Source: Azolla caroliniana (lineage: Eukaryota; Plantae; Polypodiophyta). Taken from it: 64,000 nucleotides of DNA. The position numbers were made by a program, and so were the translations under genes. The stretch lies in contig JBHGNT010000010.1 of the NCBI GenBank assembly GCA_043228905.1, forward strand, positions 11,532,001 to 11,596,000. Direction: 5' to 3'. The notes beneath the pieces are model-generated. The model saw nothing but the letters and a program-made list of their open reading frames with translations. It had not been told where the DNA came from and searched no databases. Positions 12,301 to 24,955 of the stretch are shown here, piece by piece. How positions within the stretch are numbered: the stretch's first letter is position 1; the number at the start of each line of letters is the position of its first letter.

Positions 12301-14667
12301 CCTTCGAGCGACAGTACTCCTTGAACTGCCCCCGGTATTCCCCTCCGTTATCCGTTCGTATCGCTTTCAGCTTCTTGCCGGATTCCCTCTCCACTCTCAC
12401 GTGGAGTTCTTTGAAGACGCACAACACTTGGTCCTTTGTCTTCATCGGTGCCGTCCACAGTTTTCGGCTATGATCATCTATGAATGTTACGAAGTACTGG
12501 GCTCCGCCATGTGACTTCGTTTCTACCTGACACACATCAGTGTGCACCAACTCCAATGGTGCGCTACGTCTCGTCGGTGGCCTTGAGTGGAAGGAGGTTC
12601 GGTTCTGCTTACCGGCCAGGCAATCGGTACACTTCTCCAGGTGCACATGCTTCACTGGAATAAGGTTGTCTTCTGCAAGCCTCTTCATCCCCTTCTCACT
12701 CATGTGGCACAGTCTCTTGTGCCACAGCTCACCGGCAGTGTCGGCTGCCACGTTCAACTCTTCCGGACACAACCAGGCATTCATAAGGTACAGTGTGTTG
12801 ACTTTCCGGGCCCGAGCCACTATCAGGCTCCCCTTGCTGAACTTCATTACGCCGTTCCGGATGCTACCTGTGTAGCCTTCATCGTCTAGCCTCCCGGCCG
12901 AAATCAGGTTCAATCGAACCTCCAGAACGTGTCTGACATCCTTCAGCAGCATTTTGCATCCGGTCGAGGTTGTCAACCACACGTCTCCTACGCCGGCAAT
13001 CCGGCACGTACCTTCATTTCCCATCCGAACACAGCCATGCTCACCGGCTGTGTAGGATGAGAAGTATCTTCTTTCCGGGGTCAGGTGGAACGACGCTCCG
13101 GAATCGACCACCCAGGTAGTCTCATCGCCGGCAATGTTTAGTTCACCTTCTTCGGTGATGAGCATGATCTCCTCTTCGCTTGCCGCGAGTGCCGTCGTTC
13201 CTTTCCGGTCCTGCCCTCGCCGATCCGAACCATTCCGGTCCGTGGCTCCCCGGTAAGCCCCGTTCCGTTCCGAAGACTTCTTCGAATCGGTGTCGTCGGC
13301 TCCGTTGTCTTTTCGGTAATGCCGACAATTCTTTCGGAAGTGCCCCGGCTTCCCACAGTGGAAGCATGTGGGCCTTCCTCTTGACTGCGACCGGGTCCCC
13401 GACTTCTCCCGTCTTTGCGGACTCCGGTTCCGTTGTCTTCCCCGATCCGATTCGGTAAACAACATCTTCGGATCGGAGGCCGGTTCTTTATCTCTCCGAC
13501 GCGCTTCTTCGTTCAAAATACTTGTCTTTACCGTTTGTAGGGACAAGTTATCTTCGGTGCAGGAGGTGCTGAGAGTCACCACCAAGTTCTCCCAGCTTTC
13601 CGGCAATGTACACATCAGAATGATGGCTTGCATTGCATCCTCCAGCGGGAACTTGATCGCCGCAAGCTGGTTCACGAATCCCATGAACGTGCTTACGTGT
13701 TCCACCATACTCTCGCCGTCCCGGTACTTGAGGTTCACTATCTTCCTCATCAGGGAGGTCCGGTTCAACGCATTCTTCCTCTCGTAGAGGCCCGACAGCT
13801 TCCGCCACATCTCATATGCGTTGGTGTCGTTCGCCACATGTTGTAGAACGCTCACGTCGACGTATTGCCGAATGGTTGCAACGGCTTTCCGGTTCAGAAG
13901 CCTCCATTCCGTCTCAAGTACCCCCTTGGGTATTTCCGACCTGTCGATCGGTTCATACAGATCCCGAACAATCAGCAGATCCTCCATCTTTATCTTCCAG
14001 TCGGCGTAGTTCTGCGCATTCAGCACCATCATCCCCGGCTGCCCGCTGCTGCCGCCTTCCATTTTCTGCACTGCAGTCGCTCTGATACCAGTTTGTAAGG
14101 AATCGACACTCCGATTCACCTTCACCGCTCGGCCACAACCGAGGAAGCGCGAATCAATGCAGCAGAAAATAGGAAACACAGAGAAAGACACGATAACACA
14201 GGGATTAACGTGGAAAACCCTAGACGGGAAAAACCACGGGAGTGCAAGACTCCAACTATCACTCTACGCTGGGAAATATACAATGGCGAGCTGCAAGGCG
14301 ACGACCTTGAGCTCGCTATCCTCGCCACAGGCGGCGGTATTACACAGAGGCGTCGACCTCTTCCTTCTCTCTCTCTCGGCTGCTCTCACTCCGCTCCCTC
14401 TAGATGAAAAACAGAAAAATGAGCAACAACATGAAAACTGTTTGCCCTAAGTCATATTTATACACATATGACTTTCGGGCTATTTACAACTATAGCCTCA
14501 AGGGCCCTTGGCAAACATATTCACAAATATGTCCTCGCATCCGGATCTCTCTCCGGGTACATTCGTCATCCGGCTCCGTAACCGGGATCTTCATCATCCG
14601 GTTCCGAAACCGCAACCGGGCTTGTCGTCATTCATCTCCGACATCCGACCATCCCATCCGAAAGGGA
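9391..14667 (-). mobile_element. Tnt1-like Copia C, very young, inserted in B's 5' LTR
   Basis: LTRs at 9391-9978 and 14094-14667 with one visible mismatch. PBS GCTCTGATACCA at 14079-14090, PPT at 9979-9988. Confidence 0.96.
9989..14062 (-). CDS. Copia C gag-pol polyprotein, in frame throughout except one TAG at 11522-11524
   Basis: ATG at 14062; CCHC (CFHCGKPGHFRKNC), PR (DSGASFH), INT, RT (YVDD) and RH (TKHI). ORFs 11522-14191 and 9989-11509 are in the same frame. Confidence 0.9.
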
Positions 14668-16398
14668 ACGACAGAGCAGAAGAGCTCGGTCCCAGTCCGA
14701 CAGCACTTCGTTCCCTCTAGCGCACGATATATCCCTATCCCCTTCGTCTCCCTCTCTTTTATAGCTCAAGGAGGGAGGCCATTTCACCCGTTTACATCGC
14801 ATTAATTCTCTGTCCTTTCGGACAGAGATACTCCTCGATTTCCCCTATAGAATATTGCTACCTAGGATTTAACCCTTGCGCCTACCTATCTACTTTACGA
14901 CAAGGGACGTGCCCACGTGTAAGGGCCGGTTCACACACATTATACATGGTTTGCGCCTGGGGACGGTTTTCTTCACGACAACGTCGAGGTGCCGCAACCC
15001 AAGCGCACCTGAGAATTGCCGCAACTTGTCTTGACGGGCTTGGTGAAAATGTTGGTTTTTGCCGATTCGTCGGAACATACTGAAGTTCGACTTCACCAGA
15101 GAGGACACGCTCGCAGACAAAGTGGTAGTGCACCTCAATGTGCTTAGTCCGGGCGTGGAAGTCGGGGTTCTTCGCAAGTTGGATGTTGTTGAGGTTGTCG
15201 CAGTAGATCGTCGTCGGATCGGACGCCTCCACCTAGAGATCCTTAAGTAGCCGCTTTAGCCATATGGATTCGCACATTGCGATAGCCGCTCCTCGATACT
15301 CAGCCTCTGTGCTCGATAGTGCAACTGTCGGCTGCTTCTTGCTACTCCACACGATCACGACGCTCCTAAGGGAGAACGCAAATCCGGATGTGGATCGGCG
15401 ATCGTCGGCGTTTCCGGCCCAGTCGGCATCCGTATAGCCGACTAGTTGCGCGGCAGTACCAGTCCGATATAGTAGCCCCTGGTCCTTAGTGCCACTAACG
15501 TACCTGAGTACGCATTGCGCGCACTAAAGGTGCTCCTTGGTTGGCCGTGCCATGAACTAACTAATCAAGCCGACTGGGTAACTTAGGTCCAGCCGGGTCA
15601 TAGTCAAGTACATGAGGCTTCCGACAATCTATCGGAACCTTTTCGGGTCGCAGACCTTTCCGGAGTCGGGGTGAAGCTTCACGGTTCTGTCCAGAGGAGT
15701 TGAGACGGACTTATAGTCTGTCATCCCGAACTTGAAGAGCATACTCAGCACGTAATGCCGTTGGCTGATCAGTATGCCTTCGGGGGTTCGGATCACTTCA
15801 ATCCCGAGAAAGTAATGAAGGTCCCCAGGTCCTTCATATCAAATGATGTCACAAGCTGGAGCTTTACGCAATCAATTTCACCTAGGTCAACATCGGCGAT
15901 GACCAAGTCATCAACATAAAGAAAAATACTAACCGGCCCAAGTCAACCTTGCAGGACAAACAATGAAGAGTCCGATTTGGACGTTGCAAATCCCATCCGA
16001 CGCAATCGTTGCGTGATCTTCGCGTTCGAGGCACGCAGGGCTTGCTTTAGTCCGTAAAGGGACTTCTTCAACCGACATACCACCGAAGTGTTCGTTTCAG
16101 AGTGAAATCCGGGGGGATGTACCATGTACACTTGTTCCACAAGATCGCCTTGCAGGAACGCATTCTTTACATCCATCTGATGTAAGTGCCACCCCTTCGC
16201 CACAGCTACCGCAAGAAAAACATGGACGGTTGTCATCTTCGCGACCGACGCAAACGTCTCATCGTAATCGATGTCGTGTTGTTGCGCGTAGCCTTTTGCT
16301 ACTAACCGGGCCTTGTATCGGTTGATCGAGCCGTCGGTGTTGTACTTGACCTTGTACACCCACCAGCATCCAATCGGCTTTACACCCTTGGGGGCTTC

Positions 16399-17149
16399 TG
16401 TTGGGAGACAGGTCCCTCCGGATGGGAAGGGAGAAGAACAGTGCCGACGAACAATCTCAGCCGAGGCCGAAACCGGATGAGGAGTACCCGACTACGGAGA
16501 GCCGGATGGTGTAGGCCCGGTGTGAACCGGATGAGGAGTACCCGGCTACGGAGAGCCGGATGGTGCAGGCCCGGTGTGAACCGGATGAGGAGTACCCGGC
16601 TACGGAGAGCCGGATGGTGCAGGCCCGGTGTGAACCGGATGAGGAGTACCCGGCTACGGAGAGCCGGATGACGCAGACCCGGTGCGAACCGGAGGAAGAG
16701 ACATATTCGTAAATATGTTTCTGAGAGCCCATCGAGGTTACATTTGTAAATAGCCGAAAAGTCATATTAGTATAAATATGACTTAGGGCAAACTTTTAGA
16801 TATAGTTGTTTGTCATTCTTGTTGGTGCAAGAATTGAGAGTGTGCGTAACTGTATAGAGAGAGAGAGAGAGAAAGAGGTCGTTGCCTCTGTTGTAACCGC
16901 CGCCTGTGGCGAAGATCTGTGAGCACGAGGTCGGTGCCTCAGTGAACTCAGTGTTGTACATTTCATCATAGTGATAGTTTGCAGCCTGTGGGCTGCCATG
17001 GTTTTTCCCCTAGTTTGGGGTTTTCCACGTAAACCTCCTGTGTACCTTGTCTCCTCTTTGTGTCGCGTTTTATTTCCCATTTTCTGTGTATCATTCTAAG
17101 CTCGGTTGTGGCCGAGCGTTGCGCATAAGGAACGTTGCAGTTCCCGTCA
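16399..17149 (+). mobile_element. Solo LTR D (Copia, related to the C and F LTRs) inside A's RT
   Basis: Termini TG...CA; TSD GCTTC at 16394-16398 and 17150-17154; homologous to 34508-35117. Confidence 0.93.
16471..16686. repeat. 54-bp tandem repeat, 4 copies, inside solo LTR D
   Basis: Unit AACCGGATGAGGAGTACCCGGCTACGGAGAGCCGGATGGTGCAGGCCCGGTGTG. Confidence 0.95.
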
Positions 17150-19840
17150 GCTTCAACGAGGTCCCATGTTTCATTCTCCGCAAGTGCGTCATTTCTTCCT
17201 CCATGGCAGCACGCCAATTCGGGTCCTTTGCTGCTTCTGTGTAGCTCTCCGACTCACGCACTTCCACTACGCATGTCATGTACGCATAGTGATGCGCCAT
17301 GTAATTATTGTATCCAAACCGCACAACAGGGTTCTTCTAGCGGGTAGATCAACGTAATTGCGCATTAGCCGATGTTGAGGCCGTTCTGGCCGATGTGAAC
17401 TTCGCTCTTGAAGGCCCGTCATCGCTCTTCTCAGAGTCGGATTCGTGTCGATCCGACTCGTCCCTATCCGTGTCGTACTCCGACATCTTCTTCTTTCACT
17501 TTTCTTTGCTAGTAAGCCGTCTCTTCGGCTCCCTGCACGAGGAATGCACAACTGAGTCTTCACTACTCTCTGTCTCTTCGTCTTACTGGTCAATCGAACT
17601 CAGTCGCTCATTCGGTCCACTTTGTCGAAATGAGATCGGACTCTCTTCAAGATTTCTGACTTCGCGCTCATCATGAGGCATCTCAGCCTCGTTGACCTCA
17701 TCTTCAGAACTTGGATTGGAGTTGAGGTCCGGAGTCAGAGGCAAATACCAAGACGTGGACTCATCGAACACAACATCGCGACTTACGCGAGCTTGTTTGG
17801 TTCGGGGGTTATAACACTTATAACCCTTCTGTTTGTCCGAGTAGCCGACCAAAAGACACTTCTCGACTTTTGCGTCCAGCTTCCTCCGCTTCTCCTTCGG
17901 CACATCCACATACGCGATGCTACCGAAAACCCTCAAGTGTCGTAGATTCGGCTTCCTTTCGAAATACAGCTCATGTGCCGACACTTTTTCTCCGATCCAA
18001 TTCTGGAGATAGACCGCGGTTCGGACCACTTCGGCCTAATAGAACTTGGGCATGCTCTTTTCTTCCAGCATTGCCCGCGCTACTTCCACAACCGACCAAT
18101 TCTTCCTTTCCGCTACGCCGTTTTGCTCCAGCGTATACCTGCAACTGAATTCGCGTTGAATTCCCATTTGTTGCAGATAACTGTTGAATTGGCCGGAAAA
18201 GTACTCTTTTCTACCATCTGACTGCAGGCACTTGATCTTCCTCCCTGTTTCCCTTTCGGCAAGATTTTTGATGTTCCGGAAACAGTCGCAGACATCACTC
18301 TTCTTTTCGATGAGGTAGATCCATGTGTGTTGGGTGTAGTCATCGATGAAGGAGACGAAATATCGACTCCTGCCAAGACTCACGTTCTGTGTCAATCCCC
18401 ATACATCTGAATGTATCAAGTTGAGCTTATTTTGGCTCCGATTACGCTCGTTGGGGAAAGGAAGTCGATGTTGCTTCCCTAGCTAGCAAGCTTCACAAAT
18501 TTGGGCCTTTTGACCACTGAATTTGGGCAATCCAAACACAACTTGTTTCGATTGCAGGTCCTGAAGCCTTTGGTAGTTGACGTGGCCTATCCGCTTATGC
18601 CACAAGTCAATATCCGACTCGACTTTTTGCCCTTTCGTGAACATGGCAGTGCCTACGTCATTGCTGTCGAGCATGAACATCCTCCCATCTTTGCGCCCTT
18701 GTGCAAAAACTTGGCCTTCTTCCTCGATGAAGCACCCGAGATGTGTGAACCGGACTTGCATCCCCTGGTTGATGATCTGTCCGACCAACACCAGATTCTT
18801 CGTAATTGTCGGGACATGTAACACGCTCATTAGCTTCCCTTTTTGCCCAACGTGGCTTAGGGGAACTTCACCGACATGTACGATCAGATGTGGAGTGTCG
18901 TCTCCTATTGCGACTACTCCCGGCTGTTCCGGTTTTTCCAGATATGAGAACCACTCTTTATGGTTCGTCATATGGTTTGACGCTCCGGAGTCAACGTACC
19001 ACACTTCGTCCAATTTCGTGGTGGTCTTCTTCATCGAGTTCGCTTCGTGTCTAGTCACGAAGGTTGCCCCCTTTTCGACTTTTTCGAATCCTTTGGCGTA
19101 ATGCGTCCGCCACGATCACGGGGTCTATCTGCCTTTGTGTACAACATCTTGTTGTCGGCGTGCGTACTCATCGACGCACCTACATGATTCTCCTCTACAA
19201 GGAGCATCGACTGCAAGTCAAAAAATGACGGCTTATTCTCCTTTGTACAAATAGCAATTCGGAATGCTCCGAACGTCGATGCCAATCCTCCGAGGCAGAT
19301 CTGCACCATTTCGCCCTCCTCAACGTTCACATCGATGGAGGCAAGGGAGTCGCATATATCTTGGAGGTGTAGTCAACCATCGTCATGTCGCATTGACGTA
19401 CATTGCTCAACTCCTGTCGGAGTTGGAGCTTCCTGGCTATGGTGCTTGCGGCAAAAATCTTTTTCAGATTTCCCCAAGCATCCTTCAGTGTTCTTGCATC
19501 TCAAATGTAGCTCAAGAGTTGTTCACTCACATAGGACGCGAAGCAGTAGAGAACTCTGCTCGCCGACTGTTCCCAGGTTGGGAAGTCTCTATGTGTTGAT
19601 TCGGGTGCTGCATCATTCACTCCATCGACATAGATCCAGTATCCATGTCCGAGCAGGTACTGGTGCATCTTGTATGACCAAGATGCGTAGTTACTTCTGT
19701 CGAGCTTCTCAGTTGGAAGCGAACTAGCCATATCTCTATCCATTTTTTCCTTTTTGTTCTTCACCAAGATTAGGTTTTTTTTTGTGTGTTTCGAGCTGAA
19801 GTCAGCTGCAAAGGTTCTCAACCATCGCACTCTAATACCA

Positions 19841-20237
19841 TATTAAACGTGACGTGCGGAAGTTATATGACACACACAATACCAACAGGAGGAAACAACA
19901 GGTTTAATGGAGAGCTTAAGACACGACGTACGCAGGAGAGACAGAGAGGGGAAAAAACACAGAAGAAACTAAATTCAAAATAATGTGTAAAAACTCTCTG
20001 TACATAGGATGTGCTCAGGGAGCACTTTTATACAAGTCCATACGGACTAACAGAAGTAATGACCCGTACTTCAATGCTCATAATTGAGCACCTACACTAA
20101 CTCCCAAAATATATTCCCTCGCGGAATATCTGTTCAACGACCTCCCAGTTTCCGCACGGATCCGACCTCTTGTTGCGCACCTGTTTACGCGCCGGTTTAC
20201 ACACCGATCCAACCAATGTTGAGCTTGTATCTCAACA
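19841..20237 (-). repeat. 5' LTR of Copia A
   Basis: Adjacent to PBS TGGTATTAGAG (variant of the tRNA-iMet PBS); followed by TSD TTTCA. Confidence 0.95.
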
Positions 20238-20242
20238 TTTCA

Positions 20243-20490
20243 CTTAATAGATGTGAAAGTGACAAGTGACTCTTGATGTTCCAGAACTTTAGAAATGAAT
20301 GTGGCAATTTAGAGTCCACATTGTGGTTGTGAGAGAAATTTGTGCAAGGATTGGGTTTGGTCGAAGATGTTTCAAAAGCATGGTTGAATATGATCAAAGA
20401 CAAAGCATTGTATCAAAGTGTGATACTCGGACCCTCTAATATGTTTAGTACAAAGTATGCATAGTCAATGACTCTCATCACTTGTGCACA
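20243..20490. repeat. Old LTR-like relic related to 37719-38086; probably the target into which A inserted
   Basis: Shares AGTGACTCT.GATGTT, AGCATTGTATCAAAGTGTGATACTC and ACTCTCATCACTTGTGC with 37775-38000. Confidence 0.7.
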
Positions 20491-22389
20491 AGGCGATTCA
20501 TATTCATCTTTACAAGGCATGCCATGGCTTGAACATTATATCATTTTATGCTTGTCATGTTTACTTGGTTCCACTTATCTACTTTGTAGTTTTTTGCGTT
20601 ATTTGGTGCATGGTTTTTACAACTCCATTTCTACATGTCTTATACATGGATATTCCTATGAGGATTTCGCATGTTCCTTTGTCATGAGTCGCTAGATTAT
20701 TAGGTACACAGACATTTAATAACCTTATAAAATTTTACTATGCTTTCTCTGATAAACAACTTATGTTAGTTTCAGATTTTTTAAGAAAATAAACCAAGGC
20801 TACATATTGTTTTGGGTACCTAGTTTAGCATATTAGTTTTAAGACTTTGCTCCTTTGTTTTTCTTAGCATCAACATTTTGAGACATCTTATGATTCTCCT
20901 TGAAGGTCAATTATGAGCTATGGGATCAAAAGTGAAACATTTCATATTGAGCACTCGGCTCAACCAGTGTTTAGGTTGTCAAAGCTTCAAACTAAAATGC
21001 AAAAAATATGATTTTTGAAACTTGCATAATGTATTCATTTGATTGAAATTTGAAACTGAAGCATTTTATAATCATTTAGATACTCATCTAATGAGAACTT
21101 GCACATGTATGTTTGAGCGTGCTGGTTATAAACCTCCACCCCTCATAATTACCCAAGATTGATTACTTTTGGATTCATTTTCAAAGTTCTTCCTAATGGC
21201 ACAAAGGTAAGCATGCATCATTATTTAAAATATACATTTCTGTACAACCTTCAATGATGTACCAAAAATAACAGTGTACACATTTGATCCTATGAGAAGA
21301 GAGAAAAGAGGGAGATTGATATATTAATGTATACTAGAGGGCAAAATCAACCAGTGAGACAAATCATGATTACAAAACATGGGTAAATTCATGTTATCCA
21401 TTATGTAACAAAATTAAAAGTTTACATTCCTAATGCTTTGTGATCATGATCATGATCTATTGTGGAATTGAGAATCATGAGTTTGTCCATGCACATGGGA
21501 TGATAATTCGTGACACCTTTTTCTCAATGTTCTTCCAAGCCATATTGAATTGATAACTCCATAGTGATTACAAAGACTAATGCCAAAGTTAGAGGATCCA
21601 TGCATACGAGAGCATGATTGATGACAATTTCTCATTTTCATGTTTTGTTGTTCAATTACATCAAACTATTTGATCATATTGCACTCTAACAAAGATAAAC
21701 ATAGAAATTCACATTATAACTTTTCCACTCATCTCATTAAATATATACATGACCTCAATATATCAAAGAGAGAAATCAAGATGGTAATAAAATGATACAC
21801 ACCCACACACATCGACTTCCTTGAATCGTATGGAACGCAAGTAAAAGGGGGGAAATCAGAGAGAGGAAGGGAGGCATACTTTTTGAATTTATGAAATCTT
21901 AACAAGGATGATGATGATGATAGAACAAAAAGTAACGTATAACAGGAGTGCAAATCCCTTCCATCATCATCATTCCATCATGATGATAATGATGATCATC
22001 AAGTAGAAAGATATGTATAAATAACGTTAAAAGCAAGAAGATGAAGAAGAAGATGATGATGAAGCTGAAGATGAAGAGATCCCATCCCCTGTTTATTGGC
22101 ATCAGTTAAAAGAGAGCAAGAAAGAAAGAAAGAAAACCCATCAGTTTTTTTGGCACTTTTTTGTTTTTGTTTTCAATATATATCCTACTCCTCTTCTTCT
22201 TCTTCTTCTTCGTCTGCATTCGTCTGTTTCATATACATAGGGGAACATGCTGCTCTTCTGTTCGCATATCATCAATCTCTCAAATCCATCATACACAACA
22301 TACATGACTGCATAGGAGCTGCTGCTGCTGCTTTTTATTTCTTCTTCATTCTCTGCTGCTGCTATATCATATCATATCATATCATATCG

Positions 22390-22555
22390 ATGGTGGTGGA
22401 GCCTAAGCAGGCATTTCAGGTCACTACAACTCCCTCTTCTTGTGAGGATGCCCATGGTCATTTCATCTCTCATCAAGCTGCCTCTTCTTCTTCTTCTTCT
22501 TTCTACAGGACAGGCCAATCATGGTAAAACAAAGGCGCCCAAACCAAATATCCTC

Positions 22556-22603
<48 letters not shown>

Positions 22604-24955
22604 TTCTGCTATATAAAATGTTATGTACATTGATAAATGTTTGGTTGCATATATTTATATCTGCTTTCAGGTTCTGTAATTCAGGCCTCCCAAGTGACAT
22701 CATCATTCATGTGGAGGACATGCTCTTCCATCTTCACAAGGTATGTATGTATGTATGTATGAACCCATCATCCATCCGTCCATGCATGGCCATGGCATCA
22801 CCATACATGTGGGTACATGACATGCCATAACACATTTCTCTGGGTTTTTTTTTTGTTGTTAATTATGTAGGATCGGATAACTTCTCGTTGTGGGAAGCTC
22901 TTGAAACTCGTGGAAGAAGAGAGTGTTGAGGCGGCCTTGGACCAAGATTACACCACTAGCAGCACCACCACCAGCCATGGTTCAGAGGAAGGTGTGAAGA
23001 ATCCTTCAGGCATGGTGATGCTCCAGTTAGACAGCATGCCAGGAGGGTCCAGGGCCTTCGAGGATGTAGCCAAGTTCTGCTATGGAGCTGCGATTGAGAT
23101 GACACCGGGGAATGTGGCTGCATTGAGGTGTGCTGCTGAGTATCTTGACATGTCGGAAGCGTACAGGGAAAACAACCTCATCGTCTCAACAGAGTCATTC
23201 CTCACCCATGTTGTCCTCAAGACTTGGGATGCCTCAGTGCAGACCCTCAAGAGTTGTGAGCCATTACTCCCTCATGCCGAGGAACTCTCAATTGTGAGAC
23301 GATGTGTAGAATCCATCACTCACCAAGCCATAGTGGCTTCCGAGAAGCCAAACATCAACCCCAAGAAGACATTCACAAGTTACGGTTACAAGTCCTATAA
23401 CAACAAATTGTTGCCCGAAGATAAGGACAGCTGGTGGTACAAGGACATATCGATCCTTGGGATGCCTCTTTTCAAGTGTGTGATTCGCACTTTGGAGGAG
23501 AAAGGCTTGAGCCCTGAGAGCATCGCAGTTGCGGTAATGCATTATGCTCAGATGTCAATCCCCGGATTAGTTAACCGAAGGAGAAATACATATGGAGGAG
23601 ATATACACAGTCCTCAATCCTTACTTCCTTGGGGGTTGGACATCACCAACAATTATGCTCAGCAATTATACTTTTTAGAATCGATCGAGAAGCTCTTGCC
23701 ATCATCATCGTCATCATTGGATGTGGCAAATGTGGTACCCACAAGCTTCTTATGCAGTTTGCTCAAGATCGCAATCATACTTACCTCGAGCCCAGGGTGC
23801 CAAGCGAGCCTAGAGACGCGGGTTGCTGCGCAACTACACAAGGCAAGCCTCGATGACATCCTCATACCAAACTACTCCCACACCTCCGAAACACTATACG
23901 ATGTGGAATGCACACACCGCATACTCAAGCATTTTGTGGGCTCGATCCATGAGACAAAGTTTCTATCCATAAACAAAGATGATGATGATGTGGATTCAAA
24001 TGGGAATATGGATTGGCCATCAATCATGGAAGTTGCAAGTTTGATGGATGCGTATTTGGCTGAGGTTGCGTCCGATGCGAACCTTAGCATAAGCAAATTC
24101 CGAACCTTAGTAGAGGCCTTACCCCCCTATGCAAGACGAACCGACGACGGGTTATATAGGGCCATTGACATCTTCCTCAAGTCTCACCCAAGCATGAGTG
24201 AGAGTGAGAGAGAAGGGGTCTGCGATGTCCTCGACTTCCAGAAGCTGTCGATGGCAGCATGTTCACACGCAGCTCGGAATGAAGAGCTACCATTGAGAGT
24301 CATGGTAGGCATGCTTCACGTGGAGCAATCACAACTCCGACATGTGCTCGAAATGACCACATCAACAGAGCCACGAAGATACGGATCGCCATATCATGTG
24401 TACAATCATCATTATAATAACAACAATAACAGCCGGAATGTGATGGAATCAATTATATTGCCTCCTCCTCAAGCTTCGATTCATTATCAACTAGGAAACG
24501 AGGGTTTGAAGGTGGATCTTAAAGGATTGAGGAGGAGGGTTTCAGTATTGGAGAGAGAGTGTTCGAGTTTGCGGCGCCGTCTGGGCCGCAAGGTTTCAGG
24601 TTGGACTCTCTTCTCCTCCAAAATCGGTTGTAAATCGGTGTCAGAAATCACTGACACAGATTCCTCATTCAGAAGCCAAGGCTCCTCTCCTCCTCTTCCT
24701 CTTCCTCTTCCTCTTCCTCTTCCCATCCCTTCATCTCAGACACTAAATACTGAGAAAGCTCGTTTCTCGACAACCCATCTTGATGCCATAGCTCATCCTC
24801 ATCATTCTTCTTCTTCTTCTTCTTCTTCTTCATCATCATCATCATCATCATCATCAACAACATCCTTATCTCTGCATCCACGTCGTCGATCCTCTGCCTC
24901 TGCCTCTGCCTCAGCCGCTCGCCCTCTCTTCCTCTCCACTCTTTCGCCCATCTAA
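22390..24955 (+). CDS. BTB/POZ-NPH3 domain protein (NPH3/RPT2-like family), about 762 aa; exons 22390-22523, 22671-22740, 22871-24955
   Basis: GT-AG introns join in frame: GQSW|FCNSGLPSDI...FHLHK, PGG..AFE..AKFCYG, ALRCAAEYL, WW..D, LYDV, DGLYRAIDIFLK.HP, HAA.NE.LPLR, C-terminal coiled coil. Confidence 0.93.

Larger units (their letters stand above)
2673..14980 (-). mobile_element. Ty3/Gypsy LTR retrotransposon B, no chromodomain seen, inserted at the end of A's RNaseH
   Basis: LTRs at 2673-3353 and 9008-14980 (the latter split by C), about 4% diverged, with termini TGTCG...CGACA. 4-bp TSD ACGT at 2669-2672 and 14981-14984. PPT at 3354-3364. Domain order gag-PR-RT-RH-INT. Confidence 0.95.
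14985..19742 (-). pseudogene. Copia A gag-pol, disrupted
   Basis: gag (LPTEKLDRSNYASWSYKM), PR (WYVDSGASNHM), INT (IHSDVWG, EQNGVAERKN), RT (KARLVAKGY) and RH (RTKHIEVHYHF). Many stops; split by solo LTR D. The last codons continue at 2672 beyond B. Confidence 0.92.
1745..20237 (-). mobile_element. Ty1/Copia LTR retrotransposon A, full length and degenerate; hosts B, C and D
   Basis: LTRs at 1745-2142 and 19841-20237, about 7% diverged by eye. TSD TTTCA at 1740-1744 and 20238-20242. Met-type PBS at 19829-19840, PPT at 2143-2150. Domain order gag-PR-INT-RT-RH on the minus strand. Confidence 0.95.

Noticed and set aside
3654-14098. Numerous + strand ORFs of 100-256 aa
   Set aside because: Antisense shadows of GC-rich gag-pol frames with no independent motifs.
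16441-16765. ORFs with 18-aa repeats on both strands
   Set aside because: By-product of the 54-bp LTR VNTR.
21899-22389. Low-complexity ORFs upstream of the NPH3-family and VTI1 genes
   Set aside because: Microsatellite-rich UTR or promoter sequence ((GAT)n, (CTT)n, (CATG)n), not coding.
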